Source: Treponemataceae bacterium
Lineage (GTDB): Bacteria; Spirochaetota; Spirochaetia; Treponematales; Rectinemataceae
Assembly (NCBI GenBank): GCA_963677895.2
Contig: CAXXGJ010000002.1
Coordinates: forward strand, 288,001-352,000
Length of the DNA: 64,000 nt
Direction: 5' to 3'
The notes beneath the pieces are model-generated. The model did no database searches. It saw nothing but the letters and a program-made list of their open reading frames with translations, and had not been told where the DNA came from. The first letter of the stretch is position 1, and the number at the start of each line of letters is the position of its first letter. This document shows, piece after piece, positions 9,980-19,474 of this stretch. The position numbers were made by a program, and so were the translations under genes.

Positions 9980-10911
9980 GCATAGTATTGGGGGTGGACG
10001 GCGGCGGGACGAACACGCGCCTGCGCCTCGCGGACGAAAACAACAAACCGCTGTGGGAAGGCAAGGGCGAAGGCATCAATCCGAACGCGGTCCCGAAGCC
10101 CTTGATCGTCGAGAGGCTCGGGAGGCTTTTCGCCGAAGCCTTCGGCGCCACCGGCATTGCCGCGGGGGATCTGAGCGCGGGCTGTTTCGGCGTCGCGGGA
10201 ATGGATCGGCCTTTGGAGCGTCTCGAGATGGAGTCTCTGATCAGGGAAGAATTTGGGATTGGCTGTCCCCTCGCGATGCTTTCGGACCCGGACATCGCCC
10301 TCGTAGGCGGCTTGAAACGCCTGGAGGGATACCTTCTCATAGCCGGCACAGGATCGATCGCCATCGTGCGCCTGGCCGACGGCACTCGATTCCGCGCCGG
10401 TGGCCTCGGCCATTACCTCAGCGACGAGGGATCGGCTTTCTTCATCGGCTTTCAGGCCATCCGCCGCGCCCTGCGCTCGGCCGAAGGCCGCGACCTTCCG
10501 ACGGCCATGCTAGAGCCGCTCCTGGAAAAGTTCGGCCTCGAGAAGGGCGGCGATTTCGTGCGATTCGTCTACAAGGGCTTTGACAAGGCGCGGATCGCCG
10601 GCGCGGCCGACCTCGTGGAACTCCACCGCGCCGCCGGCGATCCGCTGGCCATAGCCATCATGGAGGAATCCCGCGACGAACTTGTGCGCCTCGTCGCCTC
10701 CGTCCGCGATCGCGCCCAGGACCGCATCGCCGATCCATCCATACTGCTGTCGGGGGGGCTCCTCGAACACAACCCCTGGCTTCGCGGCTCCATCCTCGAG
10801 AGGCTGAAGACCGAGTGCCCCGGCCTGAAACCGGTCGAGCCCGCCGAAAGCGCCTCGTTCGGCGCCTGCATGCTGGCCATCAACCTCCTGAACCGGAGCG
10901 GGGATCGATAA
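9976..10911 (+). CDS. BadF/BadG-type N-acetylglucosamine kinase
   Basis: LGVDGGGTNT, IAGTGSI, RAGG.GHYLSDEGSAFFIG; ATGA overlap with the RpiR gene. Confidence 0.85.
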   Translation: MSIVLGVDGGGTNTRLRLADENNKPLWEGKGEGINPNAVPKPLIVERLGRLFAEAFGATGIAAGDLSAGCFGVAGMDRPLERLEMESLIREEFGIGCPLAMLSDPDIALVGGLKRLEGYLLIAGTGSIAIVRLADGTRFRAGGLGHYLSDEGSAFFIGFQAIRRALRSAEGRDLPTAMLEPLLEKFGLEKGGDFVRFVYKGFDKARIAGAADLVELHRAAGDPLAIAIMEESRDELVRLVASVRDRAQDRIADPSILLSGGLLEHNPWLRGSILERLKTECPGLKPVEPAESASFGACMLAINLLNRSGDR

Positions 10912-11090
10912 CACCGCCCTCCCTCGCCGGTGCTATGTGTGTTTCCGCACAGATCATAACGAGCTCATGGCTTATCTTTGTTCCAGAAAGCTGGGATAAA
11001 TACGTCTCAACCAGCCGACTCACCCGTCGCTCGACGGAGGGAGTGTTGGTCCCATAGGACTGCGCCTCCTCGGTCAAAGGGAACCGCAGC

Positions 11091-12035
11091 ATGGAGTACA
11101 AAGATTATTACAAGATCCTTGGCGTTGAGAAAACCGCGGGAAAGGATGAACTGAAGAAACAGTACAGGAAGCTGGCGCATAAGTATCATCCCGACGTCAA
11201 CACCGCCGACAAGGACACGGGGGCCAGGTTCGGCGAAATAAGCGAAGCGTACAATGTACTGGCGGACGATGAAAAACGCCAGAAATACGACATTCTCGGC
11301 AGCGATTGGGAACAGCACCAGAACACCGATCGGCCAAGCGGTTTCGACTGGTCGAAGTATGCTTCGCCGGGAAACGGGGAAACACGGGGCCGCACGATGA
11401 ACTGGGAAGACGTCTTCGGAAGCGGGGCTGGAAGATCGGATTTTTTCAGGACAGTATTTGGGCAGGAATTCGGGGACACCGAAAGCTCAGGCTTTGCCCG
11501 GAAGGGACAGGACTTGAACGCCGAACTCACCCTGAACCTGAAGGAAGCCTACGAAGGCGGCACCAGGATCCTGTCGACGGGCGCAGGCAAGCTCCGCATC
11601 AAACTGCTGCCGGGGATATGGGATCGCCAGAAGATAAAAATCGAAGGGAAAGGATTGTCGGGGTATAACGGAGCCGCGAATGGGGATCTTTTCATCACGT
11701 TCCTTCTCCAGCCAGACCCAGAATACAGACTCGAGGGCGTGAACCTTTTCAGGGACATACCATTGAGCATTTATGTCGCCGCGCTCGGCGGCGATCTCGT
11801 CGTTCCGACTATTTCCGGAAATTTCGAGCTCAAGATACCTCCGGAGACGAATAACGGTACGGTCTTCAGGCTGAAGGGGCGAGGCTTCCCCGTCTATGGC
11901 AAGCCGGGGCAGTCTGGAGACCTTTTTCTGAAAATGGCGCTGAAGCTGCCCGGGAAGTTGACCGAGCGCGAAAAGGTTCTCTTCCGCGAACTGGCGGCCG
12001 CCAGGCAAGAAAATGTCGAGGGGGAAAAGCAATGA
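11091..12035 (+). CDS. cbpA: DnaJ-class co-chaperone CbpA (J domain + C-terminal domain, no zinc finger)
   Basis: MEYKDYYKILGV, YHPD motif, SDFF..FG, G.DL, FRLKGRGFP; followed by a cbpM-like gene. Confidence 0.85.
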   Translation: MEYKDYYKILGVEKTAGKDELKKQYRKLAHKYHPDVNTADKDTGARFGEISEAYNVLADDEKRQKYDILGSDWEQHQNTDRPSGFDWSKYASPGNGETRGRTMNWEDVFGSGAGRSDFFRTVFGQEFGDTESSGFARKGQDLNAELTLNLKEAYEGGTRILSTGAGKLRIKLLPGIWDRQKIKIEGKGLSGYNGAANGDLFITFLLQPDPEYRLEGVNLFRDIPLSIYVAALGGDLVVPTISGNFELKIPPETNNGTVFRLKGRGFPVYGKPGQSGDLFLKMALKLPGKLTEREKVLFRELAAARQENVEGEKQ

Positions 12036-12391
12036 ACGTTCGAAACGCGATCCCGCTGGATCAAGTATGCCGCTATTTCAATATTGAGGTCGAAGTCGTG
12101 CGCGATTTCGCCGAATTTGGCCTCTTTCCGACTATTCGCGACGATGGAGAGACGGGTATCGAACCGCATCAGCTGGAGAAGGTTGCCAGGATAATCTCCC
12201 TGTATCAGGCGCTTGGAATCAACAAGGAAGGCATAGAAGTCATTTCCGCGCTGCGGGATCGAATCCATGGGCTGGAGGATGAGATCGAGCGCCTGCGCTT
12301 CGAGGTGGAGAAACTGGAAGGTCATCTGCGAGGCGAGGCTCCCGAAGCGCTCAGCCGCCTTGGCCTGCTTATAGATATCCAATATCGCTAA
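12032..12391 (+). CDS. cbpM: Chaperone modulator CbpM (MerR-like HTH + coiled coil)
   Basis: ATGA overlap with cbpA; LGINKEGIEVI..L.D.I..L..EI..LR pattern. Confidence 0.78.
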   Translation: MNVRNAIPLDQVCRYFNIEVEVVRDFAEFGLFPTIRDDGETGIEPHQLEKVARIISLYQALGINKEGIEVISALRDRIHGLEDEIERLRFEVEKLEGHLRGEAPEALSRLGLLIDIQYR

Positions 12392-12454
12392 TGCGTTCCA
12401 GTACGGATCGCCGAAAGTCAGGCTGGGCACCAAGCCCCCAACCTGCGGGGCAAT

Positions 12455-12490
12455 AAAAAAGCCGCCCGGGCTTGAGGCCCGGGCGGCTTT
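12455..12490 (-). terminator. Rho-independent terminator of hsp20 (possibly bidirectional)
   Basis: AAAGCCGCCCGGGC-TTGAG-GCCCGGGCGGCTTT with an A6 run on the left (U tract on the minus strand); lies between convergent genes. Confidence 0.8.
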
Positions 12491-12589
12491 CCACAGCCTT
12501 CATCAAGAAAATCGCGCCTGCGTTGCCGCGCGACGGCACTATCGTGCCGACGGCGCTGGAGCGCCGCAGCGCGCGGACGCCGCCGCCGC

Positions 12590-13171
12590 TTATTCGCCTT
12601 CCCTCACGATCTCGATCTTGATGCCTTCGTTGGATTCGGCTTCTTCTCTGGGGGGAACGGTCACTTTCAGGATACCGTTCCTGAAAACGGCCTTCACCTT
12701 TTCCTGATCGAACTTGTCGGCGGGAACGTAGTACTTCTGCTTCTCGATATCCTTGAGCTTGAGCCTGCGCTTGAAATAGCGGATGCCCTCGAGGGGCGGC
12801 TCCATCTCGATCTTGGCGGAAAACACCATGTAGTCGCCCTGGAATGAAAGGCTGATGTTTTTCTCCTCGAAGCCGGCCACCGCGAACTCGAACACGATGC
12901 TGCGTTCCGTGGTGAGATAAATGTTCATCGGCGGATAGGAAAAATTGGGATAATAATCGGCGTTCTCGTCGGACTGGGCGTCGAACCAAGCCCCTCCCGT
13001 CGCGCCGCCGCCATGGGCTTCGCCGCCGGCGCCAAAGCCACCCATAGGGTTGGGGCCGCAGCCGTCGAATCCGGGCGCGAAATCTTTCATTTTCTCGCCG
13101 AAATCCTTGGCCGCCTCGAACACATCGTCCAAAATGGAGCCGATGTCCACATAAGTTTTGTTGCTTTTCAT
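12590..13171 (-). CDS. Hsp20/alpha-crystallin small heat shock protein
   Basis: YPPMNIY, FEFAVAGF..K.I, KAVFRNGILKVTVP, C-terminal IxI (IKIEI); GGAGG RBS. Confidence 0.88.
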   Translation of the reverse strand: MKSNKTYVDIGSILDDVFEAAKDFGEKMKDFAPGFDGCGPNPMGGFGAGGEAHGGGATGGAWFDAQSDENADYYPNFSYPPMNIYLTTERSIVFEFAVAGFEEKNISLSFQGDYMVFSAKIEMEPPLEGIRYFKRRLKLKDIEKQKYYVPADKFDQEKVKAVFRNGILKVTVPPREEAESNEGIKIEIVREGE

Positions 13172-13326
13172 CGTTTCCCTCCTTAAAGGAAACCGGAATG
13201 CCATTCCTATGGCTCATCCCGTTTTTATTCGCCGGTGGCCGAAGCCCCTCGCGGCTTGGGCTGTTTCCCTTTGGGGCGGAACAGCCTCATCGAATGTAAA
13301 ATACCATTATTATCATCAAAAAGCAA
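13172..13326 (-). promoter_or_regulatory. hsp20 promoter and four-hairpin 5' UTR (RNA thermometer candidate)
   Basis: TTGCTT-17 bp-TATTTT with extended TGn (13326-13298); hairpins at 13259-13286, 13242-13257, 13200-13213; SD-occluding hairpin GTTTCCTT-TAAGG-AGGGAAAC at 13193-13173. Confidence 0.5.
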
Positions 13327-13361
13327 TAAAAAGCCGGCCGCCCTGGTTAAGGGCGGCCGGC
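13327..13361 (-). terminator. Rho-independent terminator of the nucleotidase gene
   Basis: GCCGGCCGCCCT/AGGGCGGCCGGC stem followed by TTTTTATT on the minus strand. Confidence 0.8.
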
Positions 13362-13391
13362 CGGATCACAAAGCTGGATCGAATCGGTACA

Positions 13392-15239
13392 TTACTTTTT
13401 CGGATAGAGCAGCGGATAGTCGTTCGCTATGCCTACCGCCACAAGCTCCTCGGGGATCACCGACCAGTTGCCGATGGGGGCCACCGTCACGGTTTCGGTC
13501 TGGCTCTCGAACCACTTGAGAAGGAAGAAGCGCAGGTCCTTCGTGGTGGCGCCGTTGACCAGCTTCATCGTCCTGATGGTCGTCGCGTCGATGCCAGCGC
13601 CCTTCTCGAGATGGCCGCCGCCGCCCGAACCGCGGTAGGAGTTGATGGCTACCGTGTAGGTCGCGTCGGGGTTGAAGGCTCTGCCGTCCGACATGGAGGT
13701 GATGTTGACCTTGCTGCCCACCGGCTGCGTCACGTCGACGAAGTAGTTGATGCCCGCGGCCGAGTCGTAGTTGTAGTAGCGGGTCTGCGTCTGGGCGGTG
13801 TTGTATCTGGCGTCGAACACCAGTTTTCCTTCCTTGTCCTTCTGGAAGGCGATGAGGTGGTTGCCGTCGTTCGGCATGGTGTCGAACCAGAATCTGTAGG
13901 AATATTCGAGGAAATCCTGGATCTGCTTGCCGGTCATCGTCATCGTGTAGAGGAAGTTTTCGTACACATAGAGGTTGAACATGTCGCGGACATAGAGGGT
14001 GCCGTCGGCGCTCGTCGGGATCTTCGCGTCCGCCGAGAGCGGGGCCACGAAGGAAATGTCCGCCGCGGCAAGCCCCATGGCGGGGTCCTTGGAGAGGTCG
14101 AGCTGGATTCTGTGGATGAGGTCGACGAAGGCGGAATCGCCGAACATGGATTCGCGGGTGGTGATGACGCCTTCCATCTTGCCGATGGGGCGGTCGACCC
14201 ATTGCTTGATCTCGTCATAGCCGGGCTGGAACTGGGCGTTGAAGTCGGGATCGGCCTTGTACTGGCCTACATCGACGAGACCGCCGCGGACGCGTTTTTC
14301 CCATTTCCCGGTCGCGTCGTTCCAGTCGAGCGTGAGGTTGACGATGGGGACTTTCCTGGCCGCGTTGAGGGCGCCGTAGATGTAGACGGTTTTGCCGTTG
14401 GGATCCTTCACTTCGATCTTTTTCTTGGTGGCGGGGTCCCATCCCATGCCGTCCCAGCCGGAATGGTCGTGGCCGACGAAGATCATGTCGAAGCCGGGAA
14501 CCTGCTCGGCGACGATCTGCGAAGCGTTCTCGTTGAATCGGGTGTCTTTCTTGACATTGCCGTAGCTGTAGTCGACGCCCGCGTGGAAAAGGCCGACGAT
14601 GACATCGGGTTTTTCCTTTTCTTGGATGATGGGAATCCACTTCTTGGCGCTTTCCACCATGTCCTCGAACTCCATGCCCGTCCAGAACTGAGGTGGCAGC
14701 CAGTCGGGGACTTTCGGCGAAATCATGCCGAGGACGGCGATCTTCACGCCGCTCTTTTCGATGATGGAGTAGGGGGTGAAGTAGGGGCTTCCGTCCGGCT
14801 TCACGGCGTTGGCGCAGAGCACCGATGCCTGTACTTCCTCATAGAGCTTGTCGTAGACATTGTGGCCGGCTTCGATGTCGTGGTTGCCGACGCCGATCGC
14901 GTCGAACTGGAGATAGTTGAGGGCCTGCGACCAGATATGGGGGCCGTTTGTCTTTTCAAAGTTGTAGTAGTAGACGGTGGGCTGGCCCTGGAGGGAGTCG
15001 CCGTTGTCGAGGAGGACGACGTTCGGATTGGCCGCTCTTTCCTCTTTGATGAGGCTGGCGACTTGGGCGAGCGAGGTCGCCATCGGCTTCGCGTTGACGA
15101 AATCGTAGGGGTAAATCGCCCCATGGATGTCCGATGTCTCGATAAACGTGAGCGTAACGCTCTTTTCCGCCGGTCCGCCCTGGGCGAAAACGGACAGCGA
15201 AAGCAGCGCGACGCATAGTACCAATGCGATGCGTTTCAT
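13392..15239 (-). CDS. Periplasmic bifunctional metallophosphoesterase/5'-nucleotidase (CpdB-like)
   Basis: Signal peptide; TSDIHG, LDNGD.LQG, GNHD, H.G, GHDH motifs; 5'-nucleotidase C-terminal YVYEN and NSYRGSGGG. Confidence 0.9.
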   Translation of the reverse strand: MKRIALVLCVALLSLSVFAQGGPAEKSVTLTFIETSDIHGAIYPYDFVNAKPMATSLAQVASLIKEERAANPNVVLLDNGDSLQGQPTVYYYNFEKTNGPHIWSQALNYLQFDAIGVGNHDIEAGHNVYDKLYEEVQASVLCANAVKPDGSPYFTPYSIIEKSGVKIAVLGMISPKVPDWLPPQFWTGMEFEDMVESAKKWIPIIQEKEKPDVIVGLFHAGVDYSYGNVKKDTRFNENASQIVAEQVPGFDMIFVGHDHSGWDGMGWDPATKKKIEVKDPNGKTVYIYGALNAARKVPIVNLTLDWNDATGKWEKRVRGGLVDVGQYKADPDFNAQFQPGYDEIKQWVDRPIGKMEGVITTRESMFGDSAFVDLIHRIQLDLSKDPAMGLAAADISFVAPLSADAKIPTSADGTLYVRDMFNLYVYENFLYTMTMTGKQIQDFLEYSYRFWFDTMPNDGNHLIAFQKDKEGKLVFDARYNTAQTQTRYYNYDSAAGINYFVDVTQPVGSKVNITSMSDGRAFNPDATYTVAINSYRGSGGGGHLEKGAGIDATTIRTMKLVNGATTKDLRFFLLKWFESQTETVTVAPIGNWSVIPEELVAVGIANDYPLLYPKK

Positions 15240-15318
15240 GATACCTCCTATGGCGAATATAGTGCGATACGACGGAATATATCGTACCGCACTTCACCCA
15301 GGCGCGCAAGGCAAAAGC

Positions 15319-16569
15319 TTATTTCTTGATCAGCCTCAGGAGCATGTCGTACACCTGCTGTCCGCCGGCGGCCGGGCCGATCTGGCCGAAGGCCACTTTC
15401 TGGTAGATGAGATAGAGCGTGCTGTTCAGCTCGGTGTCGTTGGGCAGATGGGCCGTTTCCTTGGACGAATGCGGTCCGGCGCTCTTCAGGTATTCTACTA
15501 CCTTCTGGTCGTTGATATCGGCCAGGCCGGCGGCTCGCGCCGTCGCCGAGGCTGAGGCGCCGCGGTCGTTGCCGAGCACCTTCGCGGCTTCGGGGCTGTT
15601 GACAAGGAAGTTGATGAACTTGACCGTCGTCTCGGGATTCTTGGAATCCTTGTTGACGGTGTAGAACTGGCTCGGGGCCTGCCACAGGGCCTTGGTGGCC
15701 GCGGCGCCCGGGAATTCCATGAGCTGGAGTTCGTCTTTCGTGGCGGCCTGATAGCCCGAGAGTCCGTTCGTGAAAATGTAGCCGATCGCCACCTTGCCGG
15801 CGATGATGGCCGATGTGTCGGCGTTCGTCTCGGCGAAGCCGGCGGCGATGTCGGCGGGCGGGATCAGCCCGTTGTCGCGGTAGTCCTTGAACAGCTCGAG
15901 ATATTTCTGCGCGTCCTGAGCCCTGACCGCCGTCGTGTTGCTGACCGCGTCATAGATCGGCGTGCCGTTGTAGCGTGCCCAATAGCTGAAGGGTGTGGAG
16001 TTGGAAGACATGGCGCCGATATCCTGCATCGGATAGACGCCGGCGGGAAGCTTCGCCTTGAGGGCCACGAGATAGGCGCGGAACTCAGCGTAGGTCATGG
16101 AGATTTTGGGCAGGGGAGCGCCGATCCTCTGGAGCAGGGATTTGTTGTAGACAAGGGCCGGCATGGTGACGCCGGTGGAGACGCCGTACAGGTGCCCGTC
16201 GATGGTGCCCGACTCTATGGCGCTCGGATCGATGACCGAGGCGTTGAGGATGCCGCCGACATATTTATCCAGCGGCAGGAGTACGCCTTTCTTGACATAA
16301 TCGTTTATGTTGCCGCCCATCTGGATGATGTCGGGACCGCTTCCTCCGGCTATCTGCGTATCGACCTTCGTGAAGTGATCGCCGGCTCCTCCCGATACTT
16401 CCGGGTTCACCGCGACGCCCGTGGCCGCCTTGAAGAGGTTTATCGCTTCCTGGCTTCTCTGTATACGGGCCGCGCTGCCCCAATAGGCCCAGCGGAGCGT
16501 GGTTGCCTGCGCGAAAACCATCGCCGTACCCATCATTAGGATTAAAAATGCCACGCCAATTTTCTTCAT
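15319..16569 (-). CDS. Carbohydrate ABC substrate-binding protein (TogB/YesO-like)
   Basis: Signal peptide; LRWAYWGS..R, TQIAGG..PDIIQM, DGHLYG, NFLVN.PEA...LG.DRG. Confidence 0.82.
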   Translation of the reverse strand: MKKIGVAFLILMMGTAMVFAQATTLRWAYWGSAARIQRSQEAINLFKAATGVAVNPEVSGGAGDHFTKVDTQIAGGSGPDIIQMGGNINDYVKKGVLLPLDKYVGGILNASVIDPSAIESGTIDGHLYGVSTGVTMPALVYNKSLLQRIGAPLPKISMTYAEFRAYLVALKAKLPAGVYPMQDIGAMSSNSTPFSYWARYNGTPIYDAVSNTTAVRAQDAQKYLELFKDYRDNGLIPPADIAAGFAETNADTSAIIAGKVAIGYIFTNGLSGYQAATKDELQLMEFPGAAATKALWQAPSQFYTVNKDSKNPETTVKFINFLVNSPEAAKVLGNDRGASASATARAAGLADINDQKVVEYLKSAGPHSSKETAHLPNDTELNSTLYLIYQKVAFGQIGPAAGGQQVYDMLLRLIKK

Positions 16570-16600
16570 TTCGAACCTCCTGTATAAATCGGGGATGCGA

Positions 16601-17449
16601 TCATCCCTTGATACCCGTTGTGGCGATTCCCTGCACGAAATATTTCTGCAGCGCGAAAAAGAGGACGAGGCAGGGAACGAGGGAAAGGACGGACATGGCG
16701 AACATCGGTCCCCAGGACGACATACCCGAAGCGTCCAGGAAGAGTCTCAGGCCCATGGGAACCGTATATTTCGATGGCGAGTTCAGGTAGAGCAGCTGAT
16801 TGAAAAAATCGTCCCAGGTCCACAGAAAGGTGAAAAGCACGGTGGTGATGAGGGCCGGCATGGTGAGGGGCATGACGATTTTCGTGTAGATGCCCAATTT
16901 GCCGCAGCCGTCGATCAGCGCTGATTCGTCCAACTCCTTGGGCAGGCTGCGCATGAACTGCACGAGCAGGAAGATGAAGAACGCGTCGGTCGCGAAAAAC
17001 TTCGGCACTATCAGGGGCAGGTACGTGTCGATCCAGCCGAAGGAGCGGAAAATTATGTACCGGGGAATGGTCGTGACATGGGAAGGCAGCATCAGGGTCA
17101 CCATCATCACGGTGAACCAGAATTTCTTGCCCGCGAAGCGCAGGCGGGAGAAGGCGTAGGCGGTAAGGGAGCAGAAAATGACGTTGCCCACGACGCAGAG
17201 CGCGCAGATGAGAAAGGAGTTCTTGAAGAAGCTGCCGAAACCGACGATGCCGATTCCTTTCCAGCCTTGGACATAGTTTTGCAGCGTGAAGGTTCTGGGC
17301 AGCAGCCTCGGATCGCCGAAGATCGCGTTGCTTTCCTTGAAGGACGCGGCGATGAGCCAGACGATCGGATAGAGCATCGCCGCGCCCAGGACGATGATGA
17401 AGAGGTTGGCGATGCCCGAGCTCACCAGCCTTGAGGTCCGGCGCCTCAT
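16601..17449 (-). CDS. Carbohydrate ABC permease (TogN/YesQ-like)
   Basis: PLIVPKFFATDAFFIFLLVQF, LDESALIDG, QGIATTGIKG; ATG overlaps the upstream stop. Confidence 0.88.
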   Translation of the reverse strand: MRRRTSRLVSSGIANLFIIVLGAAMLYPIVWLIAASFKESNAIFGDPRLLPRTFTLQNYVQGWKGIGIVGFGSFFKNSFLICALCVVGNVIFCSLTAYAFSRLRFAGKKFWFTVMMVTLMLPSHVTTIPRYIIFRSFGWIDTYLPLIVPKFFATDAFFIFLLVQFMRSLPKELDESALIDGCGKLGIYTKIVMPLTMPALITTVLFTFLWTWDDFFNQLLYLNSPSKYTVPMGLRLFLDASGMSSWGPMFAMSVLSLVPCLVLFFALQKYFVQGIATTGIKG

Positions 17450-18372
17450 TCTCCGCTCCCGTAATTGACCAGCGAGCCCGACGCCCGGAAAGCCAGGGCG
17501 GTCAGGACGGCTATGATGACGAGGAGAACCCAGGCCATGGCCGAGGCATAGCCCATCTCGGAGAAGCCGAATCCTTTCAGATAGAGGTAGAGGCTGTAGA
17601 ACATGGTGGAATCCAGCGGCCCGCCCTGTCCTCCCGATACGATGTAGGCCTGGGTAAAGGACTGGAAGGCGCTGATCATCTGCATCACCAGATTGAAGAA
17701 GATGATGGGCGAGAGGCTGGGCAGGGTGATGGCGAAGAACTGCCTCGCCTTTCCCGCGCCGTCCACGCTCGATGCTTCGTAGTATTCCTGGGGAATCTGC
17801 TTGAGTCCCGCGAAGAAGATGATCATGGGCGATCCGAACTGCCAGACCGCGAGCAGCATCAGGGTATAGAGGGCGTATTTGGGGTTGGAAATCCACGCGG
17901 GAGGATTGAGGCCGAAGAGTCCGCGGAGCAGGGTGTTCAGCACGCCGTCGCCGGCGAAGAGCCTTCGCCAGAGCACCGCGATCGCCACCGATCCGCCGAG
18001 GAGGGTGGGGATATAGTAGAGCATCCGGTAAAAGGAAATCAGCTTCAGTTTCCTGTTCATCAACATGGCGATGGCCAGGGCGAAGGCCAATTTCAGGGGC
18101 ACCGAGATGAAGACGAAGCGGAAGGTGACGGAGAGCGAGTTGAGGAAGCGCTCGTCCCTTGGGTACTCGGCGTTTCCCGCGAACATGATGAAATAGTTTC
18201 TCAGGCCTATCCATTTGGGAGGCTGCAGTATGTTGAACTGGGTAAAGGAAAGGTACAGTGAATAGATCATCGGGTAGAGGGTCAGCACGAAAAAACCGAG
18301 CAGCCAGGGAATGAGAAAAGCATAGGATGAGAGGTTTTCCCGCAGCGCCTTTTTCCTGGCTTTTCCGTTCAT
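17446..18372 (-). CDS. Carbohydrate ABC permease (TogM/YesP-like)
   Basis: SVPLKLAFALAIA, YYIPTLLGGSVAIAVLW, WQFGSPMIIF.AGL..IP..YYEA; GAGG RBS. Confidence 0.88.
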   Translation of the reverse strand: MNGKARKKALRENLSSYAFLIPWLLGFFVLTLYPMIYSLYLSFTQFNILQPPKWIGLRNYFIMFAGNAEYPRDERFLNSLSVTFRFVFISVPLKLAFALAIAMLMNRKLKLISFYRMLYYIPTLLGGSVAIAVLWRRLFAGDGVLNTLLRGLFGLNPPAWISNPKYALYTLMLLAVWQFGSPMIIFFAGLKQIPQEYYEASSVDGAGKARQFFAITLPSLSPIIFFNLVMQMISAFQSFTQAYIVSGGQGGPLDSTMFYSLYLYLKGFGFSEMGYASAMAWVLLVIIAVLTALAFRASGSLVNYGSGE

Positions 18373-18441
18373 GACACCTCGCCGACAGGCATGGGCAGTT
18401 GCGCCTTCGCGGCATTTAATGGTGAGTCGCGATTTTTGAAT

Positions 18442-18464
18442 TGTCAATGAGACAGTTATTGACA
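18442..18464. promoter_or_regulatory. Palindrome TGTCAAT-N9-ATTGACA in a divergent promoter region
   Basis: Perfect 7-bp arms giving back-to-back TTGACA hexamers between the ABC operon and the GH43 gene. Confidence 0.5.
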
Positions 18465-18582
18465 TTTTTTGCCAGTAATTGATTTTCGCGCCTCCGACTG
18501 CGCCCGCGGCGGGGCGCGGATTGGCCGCAGGTTCCGGAGATGCGGCGAAAAATCCGTGGTACAATGGGGGCAAGGAGCCGTC

Positions 18583-19470
18583 ATGATTCGATCACCCCAT
18601 CTGCGCGATCCTTTTGTCCTGGCGCGGCCCGCGGAGGGCAGGTACTACCTTTTCGGATCGACCGACGAGGATATCTGGAAGGGACCGGGCATGGGTTTCG
18701 ATGTCTATGTGGGCGCTGACCTCGAATCCTGGGAGGGGCCAGTCCCCGCCTATAGGCCCGAGCCCGGTTTTTGGGGCAAGGAAAATTTCTGGGCGCCAGA
18801 GGTGCGCGAATACGGGGGCGCCTTCTACATGTTCGCCAGTTTCAATGCGCAAGGCCGAAAGCGGGCGACCCAGATTCTCCGGGCCGAAAAGCCCATAGGC
18901 CCTTACCGGATCCATTCGCCCGAGCCGGTGACGCCGTCCGAGTGGGAATGCCTCGACGGCAGCCTTTTTGTGGATGCCGCGGGGAATCCCTGGATCGTGT
19001 TCTGCCACGAGTGGGTGCAGGTTGTGGACGGGGAGATCTGCGCCCAGAGACTCAGCCCGGACCTGACAAAGGCGATAGGCGAGCCCGCGCTCCTTTTCCG
19101 GGCATCCGAGGCTGGCTGGTCGCGCCCTCCCCGCCGAAAAGACGGTTCCATGAACCCCCTCTCGCGGGTGACCGACGGACCCTTCGTGCACAAGCTCGCC
19201 ACGGGCGGCCTTGTCATGCTCTGGTCTTCCATCGCAGAGAAAGGCTATGCCATGGGCTGGGCATTTTCTAAGGATGGGATACTTGGTCCCTGGATACAGT
19301 CAGAGAAACCCATCATCGATACCGACGGCGGACACGGCATGCTGTTCAGGGACTTCGAGGGCGCTCTCTGCCTCACCTATCATTCTCCCAACGATACGCC
19401 CAACGAGCGCTTCAGATACCGGAGGGTCGTCGAAACCGTTAATGGGCTGAAGCTCGCCGACGGGGGATGA
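18583..19470 (+). CDS. Glycoside hydrolase family 43
   Basis: RDPF, FWAPEV, CLDG.LF.D, HEW.Q, TDGPF and GGHGMLF motifs; AAGGAG RBS. Confidence 0.85.
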   Translation: MIRSPHLRDPFVLARPAEGRYYLFGSTDEDIWKGPGMGFDVYVGADLESWEGPVPAYRPEPGFWGKENFWAPEVREYGGAFYMFASFNAQGRKRATQILRAEKPIGPYRIHSPEPVTPSEWECLDGSLFVDAAGNPWIVFCHEWVQVVDGEICAQRLSPDLTKAIGEPALLFRASEAGWSRPPRRKDGSMNPLSRVTDGPFVHKLATGGLVMLWSSIAEKGYAMGWAFSKDGILGPWIQSEKPIIDTDGGHGMLFRDFEGALCLTYHSPNDTPNERFRYRRVVETVNGLKLADGG

Positions 19471-19474
19471 GGAT

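Noticed and set aside
10912..13330. CIRCE/HrcA element upstream of cbpA or hsp20
   Set aside because: No TTAGCACTC-N9-GAGTGCTAA match seen
13158..15218. 686-aa plus-strand ORF, and similar long antisense ORFs (e.g. 2949-4487, 4702-5979, 7924-9180, 56745-57812, 61217-62326)
   Set aside because: Shadow frames of well-supported genes on the other strand; expected with high-GC codon bias; no recognisable motifs
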